Source: Hyaloraphidium curvatum SAG 235-1
Lineage: Eukaryota > Fungi > Monoblepharomycota
NCBI GenBank assembly: GCA_025558095.1
Contig: JAIVFI010000011.1
Coordinates: 248,001-312,000, forward strand
Reading direction: 5' to 3'
DNA: 64,000 bases
The translations under genes and the position numbers were made by a program. Of the stretch, positions 36,937-47,867 are shown piece after piece. A model generated the notes under the pieces. The model was given only the letters and a program-made list of their open reading frames with translations. It was not told the DNA's origin and made no database searches. Numbering within the stretch: position 1 is the first letter of the stretch; each line of letters begins with the position of its first letter.

Positions 36937-39900
36937 GTTTCACACACAGGAGTCGCCGCGTGCGAATTTGCAACCGCTAGAGCACAGTCTCCATCGCAAA
37001 AGGCGCGTGGTGCCTCCTGCGTCGCATCGGGGAACGGCACGGCCAAAACATGCTTCTGAGCGGGCCAGAAACCGCGGTTCGGCTCAAGCAGACCGGCAAG
37101 CTTGGCCCGGACGAGATTGCTGCTGTACTCGCAATTCACCGAACGACGTATTTCCGTTGGATCCGCCGATGTGGGGCTCAGACCGTTCCGGACCATCCCC
37201 GCAAGGCCTTCCGCAAGGTGTCCGAGGAAATGGTCCGGCACGTAGTTGACGAGGCCAAAGCTCGCGTCCGCGTGACGCAAAGGGAGCTCGCTGCTGACCT
37301 GGCGGAAAAGTTTGGCGTTTTGGTGTCGCAGCAGCATATCTCGCGGCTGCTGAAGGCCAACAGGGTCACGAGGAAGAAGCTCACCATTAAGAGCGCCGAA
37401 GCCCTGAAACAACCCGAGCGGCACCGCATGTTCCACGAGAGGGTCACTTCCTTTGATTTGGGGCGCCTAGGTGCCTTGGACGAGTCCTCATTCCAACTCA
37501 ACGATCCGGGGCGCTTCGGCTACTCGGAGAAGGGGACTCCCGCCGTCGTATACCTGCCAGGGAACCGGGGCCCCAAGGTGACCCTTTGCCTCGCCATCTC
37601 ACCCACTTCGCGACCCGGTAATCACACTGGAAACGTGATCTCGTACCAGATCTACAGCGGCAACATGAACACCGAGAGGTTCTGTGCTTTTCTCAAGACT
37701 ATTCGCGCCGGGGCTTGTGGGTCCGAGTCCCTGGGCGTTATCCTGGACAATGCGGGTTTCCACGGCTCTCCTCTGCGGGCAAGGAAGACCACGGACGGCA
37801 CGGCAATAATAAAGAACCTCTCGGGCAAGTCGTTCCTTGCGGTCCAGGCCGTAGCAAAGGCCAACAATCTGAGCCTCATCTACCTGCGACCGAGATCGCC
37901 GGAATTTAACCCGACCGAGTACGTGTTTGCCACGATCAAGAACCTCGTGAGGCGGGACTGCCCCAGGACGGTGCCGGATCTCGTCCGGTCCATCGAGAGG
38001 GCCATTCAAATCGTCGGCCACGGCGATCTGATGGCGACGTTCCGGCACTGCTTGAAGCTAAGCGAGGCTGAGTTTGTGCGCATCGCGGAATCCGCGTCCG
38101 CCGGCAAATGTGTGGCGCGGAAGGTCACACTACAAGGTCAGATCTCTGCCTTTGCTTCTCCGGCTCCTCAGACGTGCCCTTCCGCGATGGAGGGCGCAGC
38201 AGCGACCCAGACCGAAGCAAACGCGGCCGAGCGGCTCGCTGAAGAGGTGGACTGCCATGACGGTTGCGCATCGGGCATGCAGACCGCGCTGACTCACGAC
38301 AACGCCCACTCCGAGCAGGCTCGCAACCTCGGCGTCGCCCACATCAACCCGCACCAAAAGCACACTTTGCTGACCCTGAGGGAAGTTCTCCACGTCGATG
38401 GTTCGGCGAGGGAATTCTTTGGGCCGTGGAACGACTTCACGGACTCCGCTCAAAGGACCGCGGGCTTCGACGCTGCGGACGTCCTCGGGGGCCTCTCCAA
38501 CCTCGGTGAAGCTCCTTTTGAGTTCATCTGTCAGCGGGTGGCATCGGGTCGGGGGTACAAGCTGGAGCGCGAGCTTTTCGTCGCGCGCCTCCGGAACATC
38601 GTCGCCCGGCGGCGCCGGGTCGCCCCCAGTCTGATCGGACCAGACGCACCGGCACCTCCCTTTTTCCGCCCCGCGGACGATGGCGCGGATCTGGGACCGC
38701 CGTCAGCCCCCGACGTCTCCATCTCCCAGCTGGATAACCTCGCCCGCTATGCCGACGTCCCACCGGAACTTAACGTCTCGTTCAAGAAAGCCAGCCGCGC
38801 CGCGTTGAAACAGCTGTTTCCGCTCTCAGCCCTTGCAAACGACACCGTGCTGGACGAGAGGTTCGCCATCCTCCTATCGGGCCTTGTACGAAACGGTCGT
38901 GGACCAGAATGGCTACGTGCGCTCGCTGTTTCTCTCTGGGGACAGCTCGGCCCGGCCGGGAGGGCACGCATGGACAGCTTCGAAACATCCGAGACAGCAC
39001 GTCGTGCTCTGCATTATGTTCACCAGCCCATTTCGAAGGTCTGTCGGTTGGAGTACCTCGAACGCGCGGCTTCGACCGAGTCTTTGCCAAGGAACCTTAG
39101 GCAGATACTGGAGGAAGCGTGCCGCACGCTGAAGGACCAGCAGGGCCGCTCGCTTTTTGATGCGTCGCCCGGCCTGGAGTACTTCCTTGCTTCGCTCTCC
39201 CTCCCGCAGCGATGCAAGATAGTCATGGCGGCGCGTTTGCCGGATAGTGTGGCGAGTCGCAATGCGGAAGGGCGCAAGAGATTCTTCGATTGGGCGGTGT
39301 GGAACCCGATGGCGGCCAACGAGGAGGCCCTCGCCATCGAGAATCCGGGTTCCGTTCCCGTGCTGGTGTGCAATCTCCTGTCGAGCAGCCCCGCAATCCC
39401 AAACTGATTTTTGCCCCGGCAGCTGCTTTCGTTCCCGGGCCTTTTCCAGATGAGCCCGGGCGTACCTGGACTGGATGCAGAGGGCGATAAGCTGCTGGCA
39501 ACCCTGTTCCTGAAGGCGGAGCAGCTCGGGTGGGAACACTCTTCCATGGTGACGCTGCGGCTGATGGAGTCGGGGCCCAAGATGCGCGATTTTACCCTGG
39601 ACTTGTGCGGTATGCCCGCGCTGGTGCGCGGTAGCAACCCCGAAGCACGGCAGGAGGCCGCGCGCACCGCGCTCGACGCCAAGCTCCACTTCCTCGCGGA
39701 ATCCGTTGGACTGCTGGACTTCGGCCGTATCCAGAAGCGGGATTGTCCGCTCTGTTCCTTCAGTGTGCAGGTGGAAGGCGAAGTCCCGGCGAAGGCTGGG
39801 CGGCGGCGCAAGGTCGCGGCGTCGGGGATGGTGGCTGACGGAGCTGCGCGGGAGCGTGTCTATGACGCCGAGCTTCGGCTCCTCCACCACGTCAAGGGTG

Positions 39901-42900
39901 CGCACCTCACCTGCAGAGCGTGCCCGGGGAAGGGACATCAGTTCGACCTCGAGAGTGAGTTCCGGCAGCATGTCGAGGAGAACCACCGTGGGGCGTGAGT
40001 TGCACCGCGCTTTCCATGCATGCCTGGGACCGATGCGAAGCTGACCGCCGCCGCGGACAGTTTGGTCGCCCCAAGGAATCTCACCACGTCGTTCGGCCAG
40101 TTCATTGCCAACGCACACTACATTGTCCCGTTCGCGTCGACAAACCTCAAAGCCAACATTCCTACGGGCCTCGGCGGCTCGTCCTGCCCTTTCTGTTTCG
40201 CCGGTGGCGGGAGGCACCGGCAGGAGTGCTCTCCGAAGCGGCGGTGGGTCGCGCTCAACGGCTTCCTCGCACTTGGCGACCCCCAGCACGAGCGATACAA
40301 GACGATGACGGAGCTGGCCGTCGAGTGGTTCCCGGCGGCCGAGGTGTGCCACCCATGGGCGCGGGGCCCGTACGAGCAAGTCGGGCCCCTCATCACCAAG
40401 GCCTGCACCCTCGCCGCCATCTTGTTCAAGATCATCTGGACCAAGATCTTGTTGCAGATCCACAACAAAGAGCTCCCGGACCAAGACGGATCCGTCACGC
40501 AGGACATGCTCGCCAGCTTTCCCCCGTCTTACGTCGCAAAGATTGCCATCCACGCCGTGCTTGGTGCCGGCCAGATGTCCGCCGCTGTTGGAACCCGCCG
40601 CGCGGGAAAGCAGAAGTCGGCCGGGCTCGGTGCTGGGGCGAGATACTCGGGCCATTCGGGTGCGCCAGGAGTGGAGCAGCTTGTGGACGGCGGTCCGGAC
40701 CTCGGAGCCAACGACGACGATCGAGACGAGGTGCTCGAGGACGTTGACTTCGAGGACGATGACGACGCGATGGCCGAGGACCAGGCCGGCGCCAAGATCT
40801 TGGCCGACTTCTTGCACGGCGAGCTGGATCAGATTGAGGACGAGGACTTGGTTACGGCTGAGGACACCCCCGATCTCTCGCAGGTTGCTGATCAGGGCGC
40901 ACCGTCCGTTCTCACCGTCGCGGAGCACAACGCAGCGGCAAAGCTTGTCCGCAAGGCGGCCGTTGCTGCGTTTGCAGAGGCGCGGGAACTTGTGGGCGAG
41001 ACGTACGAAAAGCTCAGGCCGCTTTTCGTGCAGGGACCTTTGCTCCGCTATGCCGAGCAGGTCGCTTTCAACCGAGCTCGAAGCGTGCCGCAGCGGCTGC
41101 TGACTGCGCTCAAGGTTCTCATCCGTCGCTTCCTACGCGGGGAGGTGAACGCGGGCGTCGGCCGGAGGCGGATTGGCCCAATCCTCAGCTACGCTCTGGC
41201 AAAGCTCGGATATGGGGACGACGACTTCTCCAATTTCCCGTTCGAAAGCGCATTTGGCTGTGGTCTTGCCGAGGCCACGGAGCTCAGGGTCGGGCTGGGG
41301 AGGCTTTTCCGGCCGTTCAGAGGCTTGCAGCTGAACCGGATCGTTGACCTCCGGGATTCAAAACAGAAGCCGCCGGTGCCGGCAACCGTTTCGCAGCGGA
41401 GGGTTATCGCTCGGGTCCTGCAGGACAAGCAGGCGGGCAACCCCGTGGCGGCCGCGGTGCGAACCGTGAACCTGCCGAAGGGCAAGCCGCGCGGAAAGGT
41501 CGACGCGGAAACGGAGGCGGTGCGCAGCTACCTCCAGAACATTTGGGAGACGCTGCCGCGGGCCTCACCTGCGGAGAAGGCTGACTTGCGAAAGGTGGAG
41601 CTGCAGGAGCTGAGGGACTGGGTGGTTGCAAACCGTCTACAGCTTCGGAGCATCCCCTTCCGCTACCCGGCCGTGACCACGGCAACGATTCGGTCGACAG
41701 AGCAGAAACCCAAGTTCTGGGTCCCCGAGCACGCCGAGGACATGAACGAGGCGGCGGCGGCGGCATTGGTGGGGCAGAACCGGCCCCACTGGGAAAGCGA
41801 GAAGCTTCTGGTGGCGCGGATGAGCGAGTATGACCTCGACAAGTGTCGTTCATCCACGAACCCCGCGGACGAAGCCTTCGGCTTCCAGATGTGCTTCATC
41901 GCCCTGCACGAGCTCGAAAAGCAGGACGAGGCGCTGAAGAAGAGGGCCGCGTCCGCGGCTGCTGCACTGCCGGAACCTGGAACGGCGCGGAGGACGAGCA
42001 CCGCCAGGGACCCCGATTCAACCCCAACTTTCCCAACCATTTCAACTGCTCCGGTCAAGGACAGGGAGGCTTCGAACAAGACCAGGAGGGCCCGCAACAC
42101 GTGGCGGCCGCACCGCGTCGAGAAGCGGCATTACAGCAAGAATGGCTCCCCGAAGCGATGGCACGGGTTCGTCGTGAGCTTCCGTAAGCGCCGACCGCAG
42201 CCGGGGCCCGAGGGACTCGCCAAGAAGGAGACCATGGAGACGAAGCGGCGGGAGCGCAAGGCGGCCGCCGCCGCCGCGATGGCGGGGCTTGGCGCCGCCC
42301 AGACCGGCAAGGAAAAGGCAGCCTCGTGGGCGCGGCGGAAGCTTCGGGCTGCGGTCGCCGAAATCAGCTTGTCCCCCGTGACCGTCTACATCTCGGCCTC
42401 GGATCTGCCCGAGTTTTTGTCCAAGCTGGGCGTGGAGGTCGCGCCTGGCATCGACACCTCGCGCGTTGACTCGGACTACCTATTGGGCCACCTGCTCAAC
42501 GGCGGCAACCAACTCGTCAACGAGGACCGGCTCTTCCGCCTCCGTCAGCAGGGCAAAGTCTCGGCAAGGGGCCATGCCGCCGCCACGCAGCCCATCTATC
42601 GTCGCACCGCGGACGTTCTGAGGTACTCCGGCGTCCGGGGCATCTATCATTGCGGCAGCACCCTGGGCATTCTTAACGAAGAAGTCTCCTTCGTGGAAAA
42701 GGTCTCGTTCCAGCAGTCGCAGCAGCAGGAGCGGCAAAACACGACACAGGACGTCGAGCCGCCAAAGCGCGCAGCGCATTCGCCAGCAGCCGCGCCGGCT
42801 CCTCCTGTTCAAACTCGGCCCACCGTCTCCGTTCCCGCCGCAGCTCATGTGCCCGCCGGTCTTGCTGCTTTCGAAGTGGATGTTTCGTTCCCTCGCGATG

Positions 42901-45539
42901 TTCCGATGGATCCCTACCCGCCGCTCTACACCGGTCCATGGCTGCCAAACGGCGATCCGGACCCGCCGTGCGACATGGCTGTCTTCGATGGTGGGCATTT
43001 TGCTCAGTGACGCACGGGTTCGGAGGCTGATCGGATCCTCACTTTTCCAGGCCAGAATCGGATTTGGCATGGGGGCATGGTCTACTACCTGCAGGCGACG
43101 GCCCAAGGGGACGAATCGGTCCCGATGGATTGGGAGCCCTCTTATTGTGCCAGCAGCAACCTTAACTTCACCACCATGCCTTCCGAGCCTCCGGCGGACT
43201 GCGGCATCCCCGCCGCGGTCCCGCCGGAACCCCCGCCCTTTTTCTCCTTCGTCGAACCACCAGCCTCGACTTCTCTCCCTGCCTCCATTCCCCCGGAACC
43301 GCCCCCGCATTGGGTGCACGACCCGTGCTCGTGCTGTCAAGATGCCGCCTGCAAGGCCGTGGACTGTGCGCCCAACGTGTTCGCGCCCCTGAGCTCGGGG
43401 CACAACGACCCTCCCTGCGCGACTGTCTCGCCCGGTGACTCGGTGCCCGAGACTTCTGTGCATCCATGCGCGGCCCTTCCTTTCCCCGACTTCTCGCCGC
43501 CACTTCCTTCCCCCTTCCTTTCTTGCTTCCCTCCCGAAGTCGTCGTTTGCGCGGTCGAACCGTCGCCGCCGACGGTAACGGTCGAGGGCAAGTTCGCTGC
43601 CCCCGTACCTCCTCAGCTGGCCCCGACCCCGGTTCCGCTCCCGCCGCGTTCTGCCGAGCCGTTGCCGCGGCCCCCGGTCGACTTCAAGACTGGCATTCCC
43701 GTCTACTACCTCAGCCGCCCTGACCATGTGTCCGTGCTGGCACCCAATCTCCTGCACATGCCGACGCAGGCGGAAATGTTCGAGCGGGCCGAGCGCGGCG
43801 AGCCAGTGGAGGGCGGGGTCGTCGACGTGGATCCGAATCGCTGGTTTCTGGCTGTTGCCAACCGCCGCGTCGACGTGCGGCTCGTTGCCAAGAGCCTGAA
43901 CCCCGGGCCGAACGGACGCTACGACTTCGCCAACAGTCATCTGCCGGGGACAACGGAGCGCATCACCGTGACCAATGCCGACGGCACCAAGTCGCACTAC
44001 GTGCCGAAGCGGGCGAACCCGTCCAAGGCCGACGGTTCCGTCAGCTTCGGGAGGATCGTCGGCTTCCACCTAGAGCACTCCTGCTCCGATACTAAGCGGA
44101 TCGCAAGGTCTTTCGGTCCGTCGCCGCCTGCCGCTGGAGCCTGCAGACACCACCCGCTCTGGGAGCCCAAGATCTCGGAGTTCAAGCCGCCGGCGCCCGA
44201 TTCGCGCCCCAACGACGCTGCAAAGGCGGAGAAGCACGCTCGGCGCAACGTCGAACTGTTCCCGACCCCTGGCGGCTGCACGGACGAGTTTGGTGCCAAG
44301 CTGTGGGGCGAGGTCGCTGGTGCCGGCCGTGCGGGGACCCCGGCGCTGCCGGAGCTCATCCTCGGTGTTCCGGCCAAGCTCGACCGCCGCCTGTGCGGCT
44401 ACGACAAGGCGGCCGCGCGTCTGAATGCCACCAAGCGGACCACCATGCTGGACGTCAACGATTGCGAGGGCAACCCTGTGCAGAAGTCTCTCCACGATTT
44501 CGAGCGCGACCTGCCCTCTCAACGCACGACAAACAGTGCAGCCTTCTCGGACTACACGAGGGCGCTGCTGCCACAACTCGACCGCATCCTGGACGTCTAC
44601 TGTTCCGGAGAACGGAGGTGGGCAAGCCAATCCCTGTGGCAACGACTTCGCTCACGCATCCTGCAGCCTGGATCGTGTGCGCACGATTCGCCGGCGCCGC
44701 GAGGTCCTCAGCTGGATCTGTCGCGACATGTGTCGCAACCCGTATTCGGGCAAGTACGATCCACAGACGACCATCGCATACGGCGCCGCGCGATTCGGCC
44801 ATGCGAGCAAGGGCGGCCCGGCCTCCCGGATCGTTCGCTTCAGGGCGGAGCTGGCCAAGGCCGGGATCATGGTCTTGGTCAACGAGTACCTCACGTCCCA
44901 GATGTGCAGCTGGTGCGGCAGCCGCCGTGATCATCCGACTCGCCTGACGTCCTTTCCAGCTGCAAGACCACCTATGTCGTCGGAATCCGGAACCCCGGCT
45001 CCAAGGGCGAGGTGCGCGGGGTGAAATACTGTCTCCTCTGCCGCCGCTTCTGGATGCGCGACGTGAACAGTGTGCACTCCATGGAGCACCTCTTCTGGTT
45101 CGGCCTCATCACCGGAGGGGAGCGCCCCTGGCCGTTCAGGCCGGACACCAGGAAGCCGAAGCCGCAGCCCAAGCTCCGAGCTGGGACTGGTGCAGCGCCG
45201 CGCAAGTCCGCGGGTGAGCGCGCTCGCATTCGCGACGGTCATCCCGAGCGTCATCCCGAGCTGATCCGGGAGCTCCAGGTGCCGCCACAGGCCGCAAGCG
45301 TACGGCCGCAAGCGCCGCGAATGGGTCGGTCAAGAAGCTCAAGCCGGCAAGCTGACCTGGCCGCGGAAACAGTTACAAGTTGGCGTGCCATGCACCGCGT
45401 GGGCGCCATTGCATTTGCTTGATCGAGGTGGAGTCCGTCAGGGACCGCCTTTTATTCGCAGGCTCGATGATGAACATTGCTGCTAGGCCGCAAAGGATTG
45501 CGGCACAGGGGGAACAGTAGCAGTTTCTGAGAGTGTAGC
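36937..45539 (+). mobile_element. IS630/Tc1-mariner-type DNA transposon carrying a Fanzor (about 8.6 kb)
   Basis: TA at 36935-36936 and 45540-45541. Imperfect terminal inverted repeats: GTTTCACACACAGGAG versus GCTACACTCTCAGAAA (reverse complement of 45524-45539), 10/16 identical. It encodes a DDE transposase and a Fanzor and sits between two divergent host genes. Exact ends are inferred. Confidence 0.75.
37050..45422 (+). CDS. Transposase-Fanzor fusion protein, predicted 2,697 aa (exons 37050-39365, 39423-39994, 40061-42990, 43051-44617, 44667-44912, 44960-45422)
   Basis: Five GT-AG introns of 57, 66, 60, 49 and 47 nt each have a branch motif and preserve phase; exons total 8,094 nt. N-terminus: HTH plus ALDESSF / ILDNAGFH / SPEFNPTE. 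C-terminus: VDVDPN, IAYGAARF...LVNEYLTSQMCSCC, CLLC..FWMRDVN, RPWPFRP. Confidence 0.8.
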
Positions 45540-45560
45540 TACGTACGTACGCGTTCGCGC
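45421..45560 (+). ncRNA. Candidate Fanzor omega-RNA (scaffold at element right end plus flanking guide)
   Basis: Hairpin GCCGCAA-AGGA-TTGCGGC (45487-45504) is enclosed by ATTGCTGCT/AGTAGCAGT (45476-84/45516-24). Further stems are ATCGAG/CTCGAT (45422-27/45463-68) and GTCC/GGAC. The position matches TnpB/Fanzor guide RNAs. Confidence 0.55.
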
Positions 45561-45577
45561 TCGTTCACAGGACAGCA

Positions 45578-46011
45578 ATGCCGCGGGTGCGCTTCCCGTG
45601 GCGATCACTAGGCTTGCCGCCATCCCTTCCGTGCACCGCCCCGCGTCTGCCGGCCGCGATGCCGCGCTGGGCGTCGACGCTGGCACCGGCCCGGTTCCCC
45701 CTCCTCCCGTGGGTTTGACAGGCAAATATGCCCCATCAAGCACCATCGATTGACGATATTCGTTGCTAAGCATCCCCCCGACGACCCTCCGTCCTCCCAC
45801 CGCCCCCTTGGGCGGCCCCCTCGCGCTCCGCCCGGGGCTCTTCACGCCGCCGATGCAGGCGCGCCACACGACGCGGGGCAACACGTACCAACCGAACTGT
45901 CTGAAGCGGCGGCGCCAACACGGATTTTTGCGCAGGATGCGCACCACCACGGGGAGGAAGATCCTGCTGCGGAGGTCGCTGAAGGGGCGGAAGCGGCTGT
46001 CGCCGGCATGA
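45578..46011 (+). CDS. MRPL34: Mitochondrial ribosomal protein bL34m, with intron 45709-45770
   Basis: [43 protein letters not shown], preceded by an Arg/Pro/Leu-rich presequence in exon 1. Confidence 0.92.
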
Positions 46012-46203
46012 GCCGGACTGGAGTGTCGAGCACGGACGGCGGAGGCGGATGGCTGTGAAGGATCAGCGGGCTTGTTCGCGGAAGGGGGAATCGGATGTCA
46101 GATCAGCTTTTTTTCACTTGTGCTCTTTCGGCTTGCACATTCTCACATTTCCACTTCACACACGAAGCACAAGAGGCACCTTCAGAAAAGGAACAAAAGC
46201 GAC

Positions 46204-47541
46204 CTAAAGCTTGCCCAACTTCGCACTTCCGCCCTGCGGCACGATCTTGACGTTGGGCACCAGGCCCATCGACCGCATCTCGGCGATCTGGTCCGAGAGC
46301 ATCCGCTCGGTGTCCCGCCAGCCGGTCCAGCCGAACGACTTGGCCTTGTTCATGCCTGCGGCGCGGTCAGCGTCGCAACGTTTCCCGAGGCAAACGAAAA
46401 CCCACTGGCGAGGCTGCCAAAGAGGATGGTCTGGTCGACAAAGTCCAGCGGCGCGTAGGTCCACCCCTTGGGGTCCAGCTTGGGGTCCTGCTCGCAGAGC
46501 AGCTTCCACGCGTACTCGGCCTTGCTGGTCTTGGAGTCCGCGGCCGGGTAGGGCGCGGCCATCTCCTTCTCGATCGAGAAGCGCCGCCACGACACGGCCT
46601 TGACGTCCTTGGGCACGTCGCGGACTTGGAGCCCGGGAAATCAGCCCATGCAATCGCAACGCAGCACCGCAAAGGCACCCACACTGGTCCTCGGGCACGA
46701 CCGCCCCAAACTCCTCGGCCACGACCGGCCAGATCAGCGCCCAGTTGAACAGGTCGCCGTTGGTCATGTTGAGCATCTCCCCCCTGCACTTCGGCTCGCG
46801 CATCGCCCACAGGTTGAACTCGGCCAGGAGCTTCACGTCCGTGGCGTCCTGCCAGGCCTCGTACGCGACGGCGGATCCGGGGAACACCATGGGCTCGCCG
46901 AGCACGGCTTTGCAAGAGGCGTAGACCGCGAGAGCGACGCCAAAGTTCATGGCGGCCTGCGAGGCGGCGCCGAAGATGATCGAGGGCGCGGTGACGGTCC
47001 ACTTGCCCTCCCACCGCTTGCCACGGGAGAAGGATTTCAGGAACTCCATTTGGGGCGTGTAAAAGTACTTATTCCATCTGGCGTTCGGTCCAGCGCAGCG
47101 ATCTTCCCTCCACGGTCTTTTGCTCGCGGTGCCACCGTAGACGCCCAATCCGATCTGCAGGAGGACGAATTCGAGGCTGCAGACGGCGTCCGCGGCACGG
47201 AGCGAGCGCCGGAACATGTCCGCGTTCTTGCCGTTCATCGCCGGCGTCCCGTCGTCCATGTACGCCATGTAAAGCACGTGCGTGGCGTCCTTCCCCCTGG
47301 GATCCTTGCGCAGCTCTTCGATCGCCCGGTTCTCCCCGTCCTCGAGCAGGAGGTCGACCGAGACCCAAGACAGCCTCGCCCTCTTGTCGCCCAGAGACGC
47401 AAAGAACTTTTCGTTCGGCGGCCGCCTCGACAGGCCGATCACGTGCGGGACCTCGCTCTCGGGCAGGGAGAGCAGGAGGCTGATCTGGGCCGTGCCCGAG
47501 ATACCGTTGGCCCCGACCACGATGGGAATCATCGGCGGCAT
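46204..47541 (-). CDS. NAD(P)-binding SDR of the PRISE/progesterone 5-beta-reductase-like family, spliced
   Basis: IVVGANGISG, GLSRRPP, THVLYMAY, FYTPQ, LAVYA...PMVFPGS, NMTNGDLFNW..IWP. Confidence 0.82.
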   Translation of the reverse strand: MPPMIPIVVGANGISGTAQISLLLSLPESEVPHVIGLSRRPPNEKFFASLGDKRARLSWVSVDLLLEDGENRAIEELRKDPRGKDATHVLYMAYMDDGTPAMNGKNADMFRRSLRAADAVCSLEFVLLQIGLGVYGGTASKRPWREDRCAGPNARWNKYFYTPQMEFLKSFSRGKRWEGKWTVTAPSIIFGAASQAAMNFGVALAVYASCKAVLGEPMVFPGSAVAYEAWQDATDVKLLAEFNLWAMREPKCRGEMLNMTNGDLFNWALIWPVVAEEFGAVVPEDQCGCLCGAALRLHGLISRAPSPRRAQGRQGRVVAALLDREGDGRALPGRGLQDQQGRVRVEAALRAGPQAGPQGVDLRAAGLCRPDHPLWQPRQWVFVCLGKRCDADRAAGMNKAKSFGWTGWRDTERMLSDQIAEMRSMGLVPNVKIVPQGGSAKLGKL

Positions 47542-47867
47542 TGGGAATACCGCTGATTCAGTACCCGGAGCTCGCGCTCTAGCTCGCCGAGTTAGACTAT
47601 GACGTCTATCGCTGTAGCCTTTTGGCGCCGAAGGAGGGCCTCAAGATGCAGCGGTCTGTCGCCCGGGAGACACAGTTGTCCGACGCGCAACTCCTGCCGC
47701 TGCGTGACACGGGATCGAACGCCGCCAATACGATGCAGCAGAGAGTGCGCCGAAGGTTCCGCAGAGCCGCAATCAAGGTGGCCAACTGGTAGTGTCTTCG
47801 AGTAGGTGATGGGGGACGCGCAGCGAGTCCGACGCGGGCGGGCCGCGACCCCTTGCCACGCGCAGAC

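Noticed and set aside
45238-45261. 12-bp tandem duplication GTCATCCCGAGC in the Fanzor tail
   Set aside because: Only two copies with no spacers, so it is not a CRISPR-like array. No CRISPR array was seen anywhere in the window.
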